Shown: positions 17,669 through 27,417, numbered from the stretch's first letter. The stretch: 64,000 nt of DNA from Flaviflexus sp. (GCA_030537635.1 JAUNVM010000002.1:47049-111048); one strand, 5' to 3'. A program made the numbers and translations. Notes: generated from the letters alone by a model not told the origin.

Positions 17669-18046
17669 ATGATCATTATTATTAAGGTCCTGCTGCTTGT
17701 CGCGATCCTCGTCGCGGCCGCCTATCTCGCCCGAGCCACCGCCAATGCCAAGAACGTGGCTCTGCGCCGGATCCTCCTGGTCTGCTTCGTCCTCATCGCG
17801 GTGATCTCGATTCTCAATCCGGGCCTCACCACCCGGGTTGCCAACTTCGTCGGCGTGGGGCGCGGCACCGACCTGCTCCTCTACCTGCTCATCATCGCTT
17901 TCCTCTCCTACTCGGTGGCCAGCTTCCGGCGGATGAACACCTTCGAGAACCGAATCACCGACCTCGCCCGCGAACTCGCCATCGCCCGCTCCAAGCCCGA
18001 GCAGCTCGAGCCCCGCCCCGACGAAAACCACGACGAGGTCGCCTAG
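17669..18046 (+). CDS. Small membrane protein, DUF2304-like
   Basis: 125 aa with hydrophobic helices MIIIIKVLLLVAILVAAAYL, ILLVCFVLIAVISIL and LLLYLLIIAFLSY, then an amphipathic tail. It lies 24 nt downstream of the GT2 gene. Confidence 0.6.
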   Translation: MIIIIKVLLLVAILVAAAYLARATANAKNVALRRILLVCFVLIAVISILNPGLTTRVANFVGVGRGTDLLLYLLIIAFLSYSVASFRRMNTFENRITDLARELAIARSKPEQLEPRPDENHDEVA

Positions 18047-18067
18047 CCCGCCGCCGGCGGCGGCTAG
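18043..18067 (+). terminator. GC-rich near-palindromic hairpin overlapping the DUF2304 stop codon
   Basis: CTAGCCCGCCGCCGGCGGCGGCTAG is self-complementary with one bulge. No U-tract follows. Confidence 0.35.
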
Positions 18068-18201
18068 ACGTGCATTAAAAGTGAATAACGGAAAGTTTTC
18101 CATAGTCCGTTAAGACCGCGACTGGAGCATTTGTCCGATGTGACACTCGCCGCAGCTCACTCCGCCGGAGGAAAGCGCGAGAATCGGCTAGCGTAAGGCT
18201 C

Positions 18202-19509
18202 ATGAAGGTTTCCGTTATTGGATGTGGCTACCTCGGAGCGGTTCACGCCGCCTGCATGGCCGAGCTCGGTCACGAAGTGGTCGGTATCGACGTTGATGAA
18301 AAGAAGATCGAGCTTCTGGCGCAGGGAAAGTCTCCCTTCCACGAACCGGATCTTCCCGCGCTGCTCGACAAGCACACCCACTCCGGCCGGCTGCGTTTTT
18401 CCACCGACTTCGCCGACATCTCCGATGCTCGGGTGCACTTCATCGGCGTGGGCACCCCGCAGCTCGATGACTCTGGCAGCGCCGACCTGTCCTATGTGCG
18501 CTCGGCCGTCGATTCCATCCTTCCCCACGTCCAATCCGGCCGCACCATCATCGTTGGCAAGTCCACCGTCCCGGTGGGCACGGCGCAGTCCCTCGAGCAG
18601 CAGATTGTGGATGCCGGGGGCATTCTCATCTGGAATCCGGAATTCCTGCGTGAATCCTTCGCCGTCGAAGACACCCTCCGTCCCGACCGCCTCGTCTACG
18701 GCCTTTCAGATGACGAGACCCGGGCGCGCATCTCAGTGCAGGTCCTCGACGAGGTCTACTCCCCCATCATCTCCGCCGGCACTCCCCGCCTGGTCATGAA
18801 CTATGCGACCTCCGAGCTCGTCAAGGTCTCGGCAAATTCCTTCCTCGCGGTGAAGATCTCCTACATCAACGCCATGGCCGAGGTGTGCGAGGCGACCGGG
18901 GCTGACGTCAAGCGCCTCGCCGAGGCAATCGGCATGGATGACCGCATTGGCCGGAAGTTCCTCCGCGCCGGCATCGGCTTTGGCGGCGGGTGCCTGCCCA
19001 AGGACATCCGGGCCTTCAAGGCCCGCACCGAGGAGCTCGGCCTCCCCTCGCTGAACTTCCTCGCCGACATCGACGCCATCAACGAGCGCCGCCGTTACCG
19101 CGTGGTGGAAATGTGCGAAGAAGAACTCGGCGACCTCACCGGCAAGCGCCTCGCCATCCTCGGCGCGGCTTTTAAGCCGAACTCCGATGACATGCGCAAT
19201 TCCCCGGCCCTCGCCATCTCCGATGAGCTGGCCGCTCGCGGCGCCCACATCGTCATCACCGATCCCGAGGCCGGACCCATCCTTGCGGCCACCACGGACC
19301 GCTTCGAGGTGGCCGCAAGCGCCGAGGAGGCCATGACGGGAGCCGAGGCAACCTTGCTGCTCACCGAGTGGAAGCAGTTCTCCTCCCTCGACCCGTCCGA
19401 GGTTGCTGCCCTGCCGGCCCACCGCCTCATCATCGACGGGCGCAATGTGCTCGACCCGAAGCAGTGGCGCGCGGCCGGCTGGACCTACCGAGGCATGGGA
19501 CGGCCCTAA
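18202..19509 (+). CDS. ugd: UDP-glucose 6-dehydrogenase
   Basis: MKVSVIGCGYLGAVHAACMAELGHEVVGIDVD..; WNPEFLRE; GFGGGCLPKDIRAF (catalytic Cys). Confidence 0.9.
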   Translation: MKVSVIGCGYLGAVHAACMAELGHEVVGIDVDEKKIELLAQGKSPFHEPDLPALLDKHTHSGRLRFSTDFADISDARVHFIGVGTPQLDDSGSADLSYVRSAVDSILPHVQSGRTIIVGKSTVPVGTAQSLEQQIVDAGGILIWNPEFLRESFAVEDTLRPDRLVYGLSDDETRARISVQVLDEVYSPIISAGTPRLVMNYATSELVKVSANSFLAVKISYINAMAEVCEATGADVKRLAEAIGMDDRIGRKFLRAGIGFGGGCLPKDIRAFKARTEELGLPSLNFLADIDAINERRRYRVVEMCEEELGDLTGKRLAILGAAFKPNSDDMRNSPALAISDELAARGAHIVITDPEAGPILAATTDRFEVAASAEEAMTGAEATLLLTEWKQFSSLDPSEVAALPAHRLIIDGRNVLDPKQWRAAGWTYRGMGRP

Positions 19510-19541
19510 TCCTCACCCGGACCGGTCCCCTCTTACCCTTT

Positions 19542-19567
19542 CTCAGGCGCCCCTCGGGGCGCCTGAG
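19542..19567 (+). terminator. Stem-loop terminator downstream of ugd
   Basis: Perfect 11-bp stem CTCAGGCGCCC / GGGCGCCTGAG with a 4-nt loop, 33 nt after the ugd stop. Confidence 0.55.
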
Positions 19568-19663
19568 CTATGCCATCGGTGGTCGAAGGCCAGTGCCAGC
19601 CCGCTTCCGCGCCCGTATGGCCCGCCGGATGAAAGCCCGGGACGCCGCGATACACCGGGAAAC

Positions 19664-20545
19664 TCAGGCCTTCCCACCGGGGCGCAGCCGGGCGGCCCGC
19701 CGCGCCTGGGTTGGATTGTCTCCGCGAGAGAGATAACGGGCGCGCAGGTCGAGTCCGATGTGGAGGGCGGCGCGCAGCGGCGCCTGATAGGGCCGGTGGT
19801 AGACGCGGGAGAGATAGCGGGCGGCCGAGGCGTGGTGGGCGCGCACCATGGCGGCGGGGCGCTCCCGCCACGAGGTGCCCTGATCGTGGATAACGGCGGC
19901 CTCGGGCACATACACCGATTTCCAGCCGGCCTGTCTCAGCCGCAGACCGAGGTCGACGTCCTCGAAGAACATGAAGTAGCCGGGATCAAATCCGCCGATC
20001 TCGGCAAAGGCTTGCGCACGCAGCAGAAGACAGGCCCCGGAAAGCCATCCGCAGGAGTGCTCACCGGTGGTCTCACCCCGGTAGGCCCGCGTGAAGGGAT
20101 TGCCTGGCCAGATTCCCGCGAGGAGGGCGTGTCCGATTCCGGTGGTGAGGGTGGGCAAGCGGCGCGCCGAGGGGTAGACCTCCCCGGTCCTATCCAGCAG
20201 GCGCGGACCGAGCGCCCCGGCGCGTGGCCACCGCTCGGCCGCTTGAAGAAGCGTGGTGATGGCGCCGGGGGTGAATTCGGCATCCGGATTGACGAGGAGA
20301 AGCCACTCGGCGCGCGGATGGGCGAAGCCAAGATTGGCGCCCTGGCCGTAGCCGAGATTACGTCCGGGCCGAATAATCCGCGCCCCGTAGCGGTGCGCGG
20401 CCGCATCAACCGCTCGGCTCGCCCCACCATTGTCGACGATGTCGACATCGAGATCGATGCCCGGGGCGGCCTCAGGCAGGGAGGCAAGCATCTGTCCCAG
20501 TTCGTCGCCAGAGTTGTAGGCGATGGTGACAACGTGCACGCGCAC
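19664..20545 (-). CDS. Glycosyltransferase family 2, WbbL-like rhamnosyltransferase
   Basis: VVTIAYNSGDEL..VDNGG..NLGYGQGANLG..LLVNPDAEF..GACLLLRAQAFAEIGGFDPGYFMFFEDVDLGLRL matches the actinobacterial WbbL pattern. Confidence 0.7.
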   Translation of the reverse strand: MRVHVVTIAYNSGDELGQMLASLPEAAPGIDLDVDIVDNGGASRAVDAAAHRYGARIIRPGRNLGYGQGANLGFAHPRAEWLLLVNPDAEFTPGAITTLLQAAERWPRAGALGPRLLDRTGEVYPSARRLPTLTTGIGHALLAGIWPGNPFTRAYRGETTGEHSCGWLSGACLLLRAQAFAEIGGFDPGYFMFFEDVDLGLRLRQAGWKSVYVPEAAVIHDQGTSWRERPAAMVRAHHASAARYLSRVYHRPYQAPLRAALHIGLDLRARYLSRGDNPTQARRAARLRPGGKA

Positions 20546-20562
20546 GGGCAGCCCTCCTCACT

Positions 20563-21792
20563 GTGAGTTACAGCGTCAGCCTAGTCAGGTTTCCCAGCCG
20601 GGGCGAGTGTGGCACTAATATGCAAGATGTGAAGGATGTTGCAAACGACGTGCGTCGCCCCGTCCACGAGCCCGAACGGCCCTCGCGCCGCTGGCTTGGG
20701 ATTCTCGCGACCCTGCTTGCCATGGCCCTGGTCTATGTGGGGTCGGTTGCCGGCTTTGCCTATCTACGACTCCAGGGCAATGTTGACCGTCACGACATCA
20801 GCGACTACCTCGAGGGCGACCGCCCGGACCGAGACGGCGAAGAAGTGCCGGGCCCCTTTAAGGAGGGTCAGCCGGTCAACATTCTGGTCATCGGCTCGGA
20901 TGCCCGGCAGGGCGAGGCCGATATTGACGGGGCTGGCGAGGCAGGCGAGGTCACGGGCATGCGCTCCGATACGACGATGCTGGTGCACGTCTCGGCCGAC
21001 CGCAATCGCGCCGAAATCGTATCGATTCCGCGCGATATGCTCGTCGACATTCCATCCTGTCGCCTGCCCTCCGGGGCCCAAACCGCCCCGCAGTACAACG
21101 CCATGTTCAACTCGGCGTTCTCCCTCGGCGGTCAGACCGGGGACACCGGTTCGGCGGCCGCCTGCACCATCCGTACCGTCGAGGCGCTCACCGACATCTA
21201 CATCGACGGCTTCGCCGTCGTCGACTTCGCCTCCTTCCAGTCCTTCGTTGACGCACTGGGCGGGGTTGACATGTGTTTCAACCAGAAGCTCACCGACAAG
21301 ACCACCGGCCTGGATATTGCTCCCGGGTGCCAGCGGCTCGCCGGCGAGGAGGCCCTCCAATTGGCCCGCGCTCGCAAGGGGCTGACCGGCGGCTCAGACA
21401 TTGGCCGGATGGATCGCCAACAGGATCTCGTCAAGGCCATTGTCGACGAGGCCGTCTCGAAGAACATCCTCACCTCCATACCCTCCCTCTACCGCTTCGT
21501 TGATGTGGTCTCCCAGTCCGTCATCACCGACTCCGAGCTGGGCGACCTCGACACTCTCAGCTCCTTCGGCTACTCCCTGCGGGGGATCTCCTCGAACAAC
21601 ATCTTCGCGGTCACCATGCCGTGGCTGCCCGCCGGCAACCGGCTGCTGCCCGCCCCATTGGCCGAGACCGTGTGGGAGGCACTGCGCGAGGACCGCCCGC
21701 TCGAGGAAGTCATCACGCGCGATGGCCAGGCGGTCCCGAACGCGACAGACGAGCCCACCGAGCAAACAACATGGGGAGCACGTGAACCATGA
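20563..21792 (+). CDS. LytR-CpsA-Psr (LCP) family glycopolymer ligase
   Basis: A TM anchor LGILATLLAMALVYVGSV, then NILVIGSDAR..RSDTTMLVHVSADRNRAEIVSIPRDMLV (LCP core). An alternative start is ATG 20620 (MQDVKDV). Confidence 0.85.
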   Translation: MSYSVSLVRFPSRGECGTNMQDVKDVANDVRRPVHEPERPSRRWLGILATLLAMALVYVGSVAGFAYLRLQGNVDRHDISDYLEGDRPDRDGEEVPGPFKEGQPVNILVIGSDARQGEADIDGAGEAGEVTGMRSDTTMLVHVSADRNRAEIVSIPRDMLVDIPSCRLPSGAQTAPQYNAMFNSAFSLGGQTGDTGSAAACTIRTVEALTDIYIDGFAVVDFASFQSFVDALGGVDMCFNQKLTDKTTGLDIAPGCQRLAGEEALQLARARKGLTGGSDIGRMDRQQDLVKAIVDEAVSKNILTSIPSLYRFVDVVSQSVITDSELGDLDTLSSFGYSLRGISSNNIFAVTMPWLPAGNRLLPAPLAETVWEALREDRPLEEVITRDGQAVPNATDEPTEQTTWGAREP

Positions 21793-23144
21793 GCCAACCG
21801 CCCTCGTTTACCCCACGCTCGCCCAAGCCCCGCCCCAGCGCCCGCGGCGCGATCACGGTCCGCGGCCGCGGCCAGCGCTTGTCCATTCCCCAGGAATGGG
21901 AAACCCGGGCAGCCCGCCCGAGTTCCACCCCTCCGGCCTGGCCCGCACCGCCCGCGCGCCCCGCACCGGAGGGCCAGGTACCGCCCCAGCGCGCAGCGCG
22001 GCCGCCTCAACCCACCGGCGAGCCTGCCCCGGTGTATGCGCCAAGGCGCCAGGCTCGCCCGACGGGCCAGCCTCCCGGGCCCCTCGGCCTGCCCATTGAT
22101 GAGCAGCCCGCGCCGCAGCCCGCTCCTCAGCGCCGGGCCCCGCGCCCCGGAGGGCCCGGCCGGCGCCCGGCCGGAGCCCTACCTCCCGCCCCGCGCCGCC
22201 GCCGTCGGTCCGGCCGCAGGGTGGTGAAGCTGTTCGTTCTCGCCCTCATCATCTTCCTCATCGGCTGGCCGATCTACCTGTTCAACTACGGCTCCTCGCA
22301 GCTCACCCACGTGGCGGCGCTCAGCGGGGCTCCCGATACTCCGGGGCGCACCGTGCTGTTCGCCGGTACGGATAAGCGATCCGAGGAGGGCGTCAACGAC
22401 GGGGTCGAGGGCGCGCGTTCGGATTCGATCATGCTCGTCCACGTGCCCACCTCCGGCACCCCCTCTCTCATCTCCCTGCCGCGGGATACGTATGTGCAGA
22501 TTCCCGGCAGGGGTGCCGGCAAGCTCAACTCGTCCTATGCGGCCGGCGGCCCGAAGCTTCTGGTTGCTACCGTGGAGAACCTCACCGGACTCACCATCGA
22601 CCACTATGTTGAGGTCGGTATGGACGGGATCTCCCACCTGGTGGATGCTGTGGGCGGCGTCGAGCTCTGCCTCGACTACGACGTGACACAAGATCTTTCG
22701 GGACTGGAATGGAAGGCCGGCTGCCACCGGACTGACGGCCCCACCGCGCTCGCCTTCTCCCGCATGAGGTACTCCGATCCGCTCGGCGACATTGGGCGTA
22801 CCGCCCGCCAGCGTCAGGTCATCTCGCAGATTGTCAACGAGGCAAAGAGCCCCGCCACCCTGCTCAATCCGCTGCGCCAGCGCGCCATGGTGGGCGATGG
22901 GGCGAGGCAGCTGACGGTCGACGAGAATACCGCGATGACGGATCTGGCCAAGATTGCCCTGTCCATGCGCAAGATCCTCGGTCCCAATGGCGTGGTGGGC
23001 ACCCCGCCCATCGCCATGCTCAATTATCAGCCGGGTGGCGTGGGCTCAACGGTGCTTCTCGACGAGGCGAAAGCCCCGGAGTTCTTCCGGAAGGTGGCCG
23101 ACGGCTCGATCAGTCAAGCTGACGTCGAAGTTTCTCTCCCTTAA
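21789..23144 (+). CDS. LCP family glycopolymer ligase with a long Pro/Arg-rich N-terminal tail
   Basis: ATGA overlap with the upstream LCP gene. ~150 aa of P/R/A-rich sequence precedes the TM helix [20 protein letters not shown], then [27 protein letters not shown]. Confidence 0.85.
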   Translation: MSQPPSFTPRSPKPRPSARGAITVRGRGQRLSIPQEWETRAARPSSTPPAWPAPPARPAPEGQVPPQRAARPPQPTGEPAPVYAPRRQARPTGQPPGPLGLPIDEQPAPQPAPQRRAPRPGGPGRRPAGALPPAPRRRRRSGRRVVKLFVLALIIFLIGWPIYLFNYGSSQLTHVAALSGAPDTPGRTVLFAGTDKRSEEGVNDGVEGARSDSIMLVHVPTSGTPSLISLPRDTYVQIPGRGAGKLNSSYAAGGPKLLVATVENLTGLTIDHYVEVGMDGISHLVDAVGGVELCLDYDVTQDLSGLEWKAGCHRTDGPTALAFSRMRYSDPLGDIGRTARQRQVISQIVNEAKSPATLLNPLRQRAMVGDGARQLTVDENTAMTDLAKIALSMRKILGPNGVVGTPPIAMLNYQPGGVGSTVLLDEAKAPEFFRKVADGSISQADVEVSLP

Positions 23145-23598
23145 GCCGGGCGGTGGCCTCCAGCTCGGCCTGGAAGGCGATCATCTTCTCCCGCACCCGT
23201 TCATCGCTCATGGCGATCATGCGGGCGGCGAGCAGCCCGGCATTGCGCGCCCCGCCAATCGACACGGTCGCCACCGGCACGCCCGCCGGCATCTGCACGA
23301 TCGACAGCAGCGAATCCATGCCATCCAGGTATGTGAGCGGCACGGGGACACCGATAACGGGCAGCGGGGTGACCGAGGCGAGCATGCCCGGCAGGTGGGC
23401 CGCCCCGCCCGCCCCGGCGATGATGGCGGTGAAGCCGCGCTCGTGGGCCGTCTTGCCGAAGTCGATCATCTCGCTTGGCATACGGTGGGCCGACAGCACC
23501 TGAGCATGCCAGTCGATACCCAGCTCATCGAGGGCCTTCGTTGCCTCCACCATGACGGGCCAGTCGGAATCTGAGCCCATGACAATCGCGATCGTCAT
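23110..23598 (-). CDS. purE: N5-carboxyaminoimidazole ribonucleotide mutase
   Basis: [40 protein letters not shown] are canonical PurE motifs. Confidence 0.95.
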   Translation of the reverse strand: MTIAIVMGSDSDWPVMVEATKALDELGIDWHAQVLSAHRMPSEMIDFGKTAHERGFTAIIAGAGGAAHLPGMLASVTPLPVIGVPVPLTYLDGMDSLLSIVQMPAGVPVATVSIGGARNAGLLAARMIAMSDERVREKMIAFQAELEATARLKGEKLRRQLD

Positions 23599-24728
23599 TT
23601 CTTCCCCTCCAGAATCTCAATCGCGCGGTGCGCCCGCGCTCGTAGTTCCTCCACATCGTCACCGCACACGGTGACGTGTCCGATCTTGCGGCCCGGACGG
23701 ACCTCCTTGCCGTACATGTGCACCTTCACCCCCGGATCGGCCTCCCACACCCGGCCGAGAGCCTCGCGCGGATCGGCGAGGGAGGAACCGAGCAGGTTGA
23801 CCATGACCGAGGCGGGGAAGATGGGATCGGTGGGGCCGAGTGGATAGTCAGCCACGGCCCGCAGGTGCTGCTCGAACTGGCTGGTGGCCGCACCGTCAAT
23901 TGTCCAGTGCCCCGAATTGTGGGGGCGCATGGCGAGCTCGTTGATGAGCAGGCGGTCCCCGGCCAGGAACATCTCGACGGCAAGAACACCGACCACCCCG
24001 GTCTGTTCGGCAATCGAGCGGGCAATCTCGCGCGCCCGATCATCCAGCTCTTCGCTGATCGGAGCAGGCGCGGTGACCTCGAAGCAGATTCCGTCACGCT
24101 GCACGGTGCGCACCACCGGCCAGGCCTCGATCTGACCGCCGGGCCGGCGGGCGATAAGCGCGGCCAGCTCCATGTCAAAGTCGATCTTTTCCTCCAGGAG
24201 GATCTCCTGGCCCGGCTGCCAAAACGGGATGTCCTCACCGGGGTGCACCACAGCAACCCCCTTGCCGTCGTATCCGCCGGTGGCAGCCTTCGCGACGGCC
24301 ACGCCGCCAAGCTCATCAATCGCGGCGTCAATCTCGGCCCGCGTCCTCGCTACCCGCCAGCTGGGCATGGGCGCATCGAGCTCGGAGCGCATGACAATCT
24401 TGTTTTGGGCAAATCGCAGGGCGGCCGCTGAGGGGCGGGCCCCCACCGAGTCAAGAATCTCGGCCGGCACATGTTCGTGCTCAACGGTGGTCACCTCGCC
24501 GCCGGACAGCCGGGACACCGCCTCCGCATCATCCGCCTGGCCGACGGTGGAGGCGGGAATCGCCTGGGCGGCTGATCCATCCGGCGCCTCCACGAGGCAA
24601 CGTAGTTCGATACCGAGGGCAATGGCCGCCTCCTGCATCATCCTTGCCAGCTGACCTCCGCCGATCACCGCAATGACTGGGGCGCCTTCCGTGGCGCCGG
24701 TTCCCACAACTTTTTGCATACCTCTCAT
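23595..24728 (-). CDS. purK: N5-carboxyaminoimidazole ribonucleotide synthase (ATP-grasp)
   Basis: [14 protein letters not shown]..; ATP-grasp body; the C-terminus [18 protein letters not shown] is typical of PurK. 4-nt overlap with purE. Confidence 0.9.
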   Translation of the reverse strand: MRGMQKVVGTGATEGAPVIAVIGGGQLARMMQEAAIALGIELRCLVEAPDGSAAQAIPASTVGQADDAEAVSRLSGGEVTTVEHEHVPAEILDSVGARPSAAALRFAQNKIVMRSELDAPMPSWRVARTRAEIDAAIDELGGVAVAKAATGGYDGKGVAVVHPGEDIPFWQPGQEILLEEKIDFDMELAALIARRPGGQIEAWPVVRTVQRDGICFEVTAPAPISEELDDRAREIARSIAEQTGVVGVLAVEMFLAGDRLLINELAMRPHNSGHWTIDGAATSQFEQHLRAVADYPLGPTDPIFPASVMVNLLGSSLADPREALGRVWEADPGVKVHMYGKEVRPGRKIGHVTVCGDDVEELRARAHRAIEILEGKK

Positions 24729-24778
24729 GCTAGGCGAAAGCCGCTAGAGATCTCGCGCGGATTCGGTAGGATGAGCCC

Positions 24779-25273
24779 GTGATATCCCGCCTCATTGCCA
24801 CGCTGCTGCGCGGGCAGACCTTTACCCAATGGCTGGCAGAATTGGCGCGCTTCCTCACCGTCGGCCTCACCGCCTACATCGTTGACATTGGCCTGTTCAA
24901 TCTGCTTGCCTACCACTGGCCGATCACCCTGCCATTTGATCAATCGATGACCGCGAAGACGATTTCGGTGCCCGTCTCCATCATCGTCGCCTGGATCGGC
25001 AACCGGGTGTGGACCTTCCGCACCCACGGGCACTCCTCGCGTGGCCGCGAGCTCGCCATGTTCGTCCTCGTCAACGTTGGGGGCATGCTGATCGCCCTGT
25101 CCTGCCTCGCGATCTCCCGCTTCGTTCTCAACTTCCACACCCAGTTTGCCGATAATATCTCGGCCAATGTCATCGGCCTCATCCTCGGCACGGCCTTCCG
25201 CTACGTCTGCTACCGCTACATCGTCTTCACCCCGGCCCAGCTCACCGGCACCGACCGGGAACGCCCCGCCTAG
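24779..25273 (+). CDS. GtrA-family membrane protein
   Basis: ARFLTVGLTAYIVDIGLFNLL..; four TM helices; C-terminal RYVCYRYIVF (GtrA signature). Confidence 0.8.
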   Translation: MISRLIATLLRGQTFTQWLAELARFLTVGLTAYIVDIGLFNLLAYHWPITLPFDQSMTAKTISVPVSIIVAWIGNRVWTFRTHGHSSRGRELAMFVLVNVGGMLIALSCLAISRFVLNFHTQFADNISANVIGLILGTAFRYVCYRYIVFTPAQLTGTDRERPA

Positions 25274-25425
25274 CCCACCGACCCGCCCCTAGGCCGCCGT
25301 CGGGCTGATCTCTCACGCGACTTCTACTGGCGCACCTTCACGACCGCCTTACCGGGGTGGTACGCGCGTGGCGTGGGATGCTGGCCGCGTACGGCCCGTC
25401 CCGGGCGCACGCGGGGCCTGGGAAC

Positions 25426-26739
25426 CTAGCGGCGCTTGCGGCGCGAGCCGAGGGAAATGAGCGTGCCCTGGGGCAGGACGTTATCCGGGTCGAGGGAGCG
25501 CGGTACGGCGGCGAGGGTGAGGGCGAAGATGGGAGGGCGGCGCTGGGCCAGCTCCAGACGCCCACCATCGGCCTGGGCGAGATCCGTGGCCAGAGCCAGG
25601 CCCAAACCGGTCGATCCTCCGGTTGAGACGTGCTTGTCGAAGATGTTGGGGGCCACGGAGTCCGCGACGCCGGGTCCCTCATCGGCGACCTCGATGACAA
25701 CGCTCTTCTTGTTATTCGTCGGGCGAGCCTTCACCGTCGTCGTTCCGTCCCCGTACTTCAGCGAGTTTTCCAGCAGGGTGGCGATGATCTGGGAGAGCGA
25801 TCCCGGTGTGGCAAGCAGAGTGTATTCGGCGTCCTCGATGATGAGCTCGCGGCGCTCCTTGGCAAACACCTTCGACCATTCCTCCCGCTGTTGGGCAAGC
25901 ACGGGGGCAAGATGGACGGCCTCGGTGGTGCCGCCGGACTGGGAACGGGAGGTTTTCAGCAGGTCCTCCACCACGCCGGTGAGGCGCTCCACCTGCTCTT
26001 GGCACGCCCTGGCCTCCTCGGCCACCTCCTCATCATCCGCAATGAGCTCGATTTCCTCGAGCCGCATGGACAGGGCGGTCAGCGGGGTTCTCAGCTGGTG
26101 GGAGGCGTCCGCGGCAAACTGACGCTCGGCAGCGATTCGCCCCGCCATGCGATCCGCGGTGCGGGCCAGCTCCTCGGCGACGAGGTCGATTTCCTCGATT
26201 CCCGAGGTTCTCATGTGGGGGCGCACGTGCCCGGCTCCCACCTGTTCGGCCGAGGCCGCGAGGTAGATGAGCGGGGCGGATAGACGGCGGGCCTGGCGCG
26301 CGGCCACAAAGCCGCCAACGAGGAAGGCGATGGCGGCGGCAACCCCGACGAGGGCGAGGAAGGAGGCGATGGAGGCATAGACCCCGGCGCGGGACCGCTC
26401 GGCAAGAATGAACGCGCCACCCGCGGTGCGGTGGGTGGCGCGCAGGGTGGAGCCGTCAATATCGGCCCCGGAGGTGAGTTCTTTTCCGTCGGGCGTGCGC
26501 ACAATGTAACCAATGTGTTCATCGGCCTTCGACCAGCCCATGAGCAGCTCGTCGGTGACGGGTTCATCGGCGTTAATCCGCCGGTCGATAACCGAGCCGA
26601 GCGAATAGGCCCGCGATTCGAGTCCGCTACGCTCCTGATTCCACAGCATGGTGGAACCGAAGATCGCCATGGGCACGCCGAGGAGCAGGACGGCCACGGT
26701 GACGGCCCACAGGGTCATCCGCAGGGCACGGCGGCGCAT
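25426..26739 (-). CDS. Sensor histidine kinase (HisKA/HATPase_c) with two TM helices and a periplasmic loop
   Basis: H-box FAADASHQLRTPLTAL; N-box LLENSLKYG; G-boxes VADEGPGV and GSTGLGLAL. Confidence 0.85.
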   Translation of the reverse strand: MRRRALRMTLWAVTVAVLLLGVPMAIFGSTMLWNQERSGLESRAYSLGSVIDRRINADEPVTDELLMGWSKADEHIGYIVRTPDGKELTSGADIDGSTLRATHRTAGGAFILAERSRAGVYASIASFLALVGVAAAIAFLVGGFVAARQARRLSAPLIYLAASAEQVGAGHVRPHMRTSGIEEIDLVAEELARTADRMAGRIAAERQFAADASHQLRTPLTALSMRLEEIELIADDEEVAEEARACQEQVERLTGVVEDLLKTSRSQSGGTTEAVHLAPVLAQQREEWSKVFAKERRELIIEDAEYTLLATPGSLSQIIATLLENSLKYGDGTTTVKARPTNNKKSVVIEVADEGPGVADSVAPNIFDKHVSTGGSTGLGLALATDLAQADGGRLELAQRRPPIFALTLAAVPRSLDPDNVLPQGTLISLGSRRKRR

Positions 26740-27417
26740 TTAGTTCTCGAATCTGAATCCCATGCCGCGCACGGTGGAGATGTAGGTGGGCTCATTGGCA
26801 TCGTCGCCGAGCTTGCGGCGTAGCCACGACACGTGCATGTCCAGCTTCTTCGTGGACGAGGTGGTCTCGGCCGACCACACCTCTTCCATGAGCTGCTCGC
26901 GGGAGACCACCGAGCCGGCCTCGCGCACCAGCACGCGGAGCAGGTCGAACTCCTTGCCGGTCAGATGCAGTTCCTTCTTCCCCACCCACGCGCGGTGAGC
27001 GGCCACGTCAACCTGGACGTCCTGGGCGGACAGCATCTGAGTTTCCGCACCCTCGCCGCGACCGCGGCGCAGCAAGGCACGAACTCGGGCCAGCAGTTCC
27101 GCGAGACGGAACGGCTTGGTCACGTAGTCATCTGCCCCGGCATCAAGGCCGACCACCATGTCGACTTCATCGGAGCGGGCCGTGAGGATAAGGATGGGAA
27201 TGGTGGAGCCCTGAGAGCGGATCGCTCGAGCCACATCGAGGCCATCCATGTCCGGCAGGCCGAGATCAAGGATGATGAGATCGGCGCCCTGGGCAAGGTC
27301 GTCAAGAGCGCCTTTACCCGTTCCGTGTGGGCGAACCTCGTACCCCTCCCGGCTCAGCGCGCGTACGAGGGGATCGGAAATAGCGAGATCGTCTTCGACG
27401 AGTAATACTTTAGTCAC
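26740..27417 (-). CDS. OmpR/PhoB-family response regulator
   Basis: VLLVEDD..DLIILDLGLPDMDG..TKPF receiver domain, and a winged-helix tail TVRGMGFRF. GTG start. Abuts the kinase gene. Confidence 0.9.
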   Translation of the reverse strand: MTKVLLVEDDLAISDPLVRALSREGYEVRPHGTGKGALDDLAQGADLIILDLGLPDMDGLDVARAIRSQGSTIPILILTARSDEVDMVVGLDAGADDYVTKPFRLAELLARVRALLRRGRGEGAETQMLSAQDVQVDVAAHRAWVGKKELHLTGKEFDLLRVLVREAGSVVSREQLMEEVWSAETTSSTKKLDMHVSWLRRKLGDDANEPTYISTVRGMGFRFEN

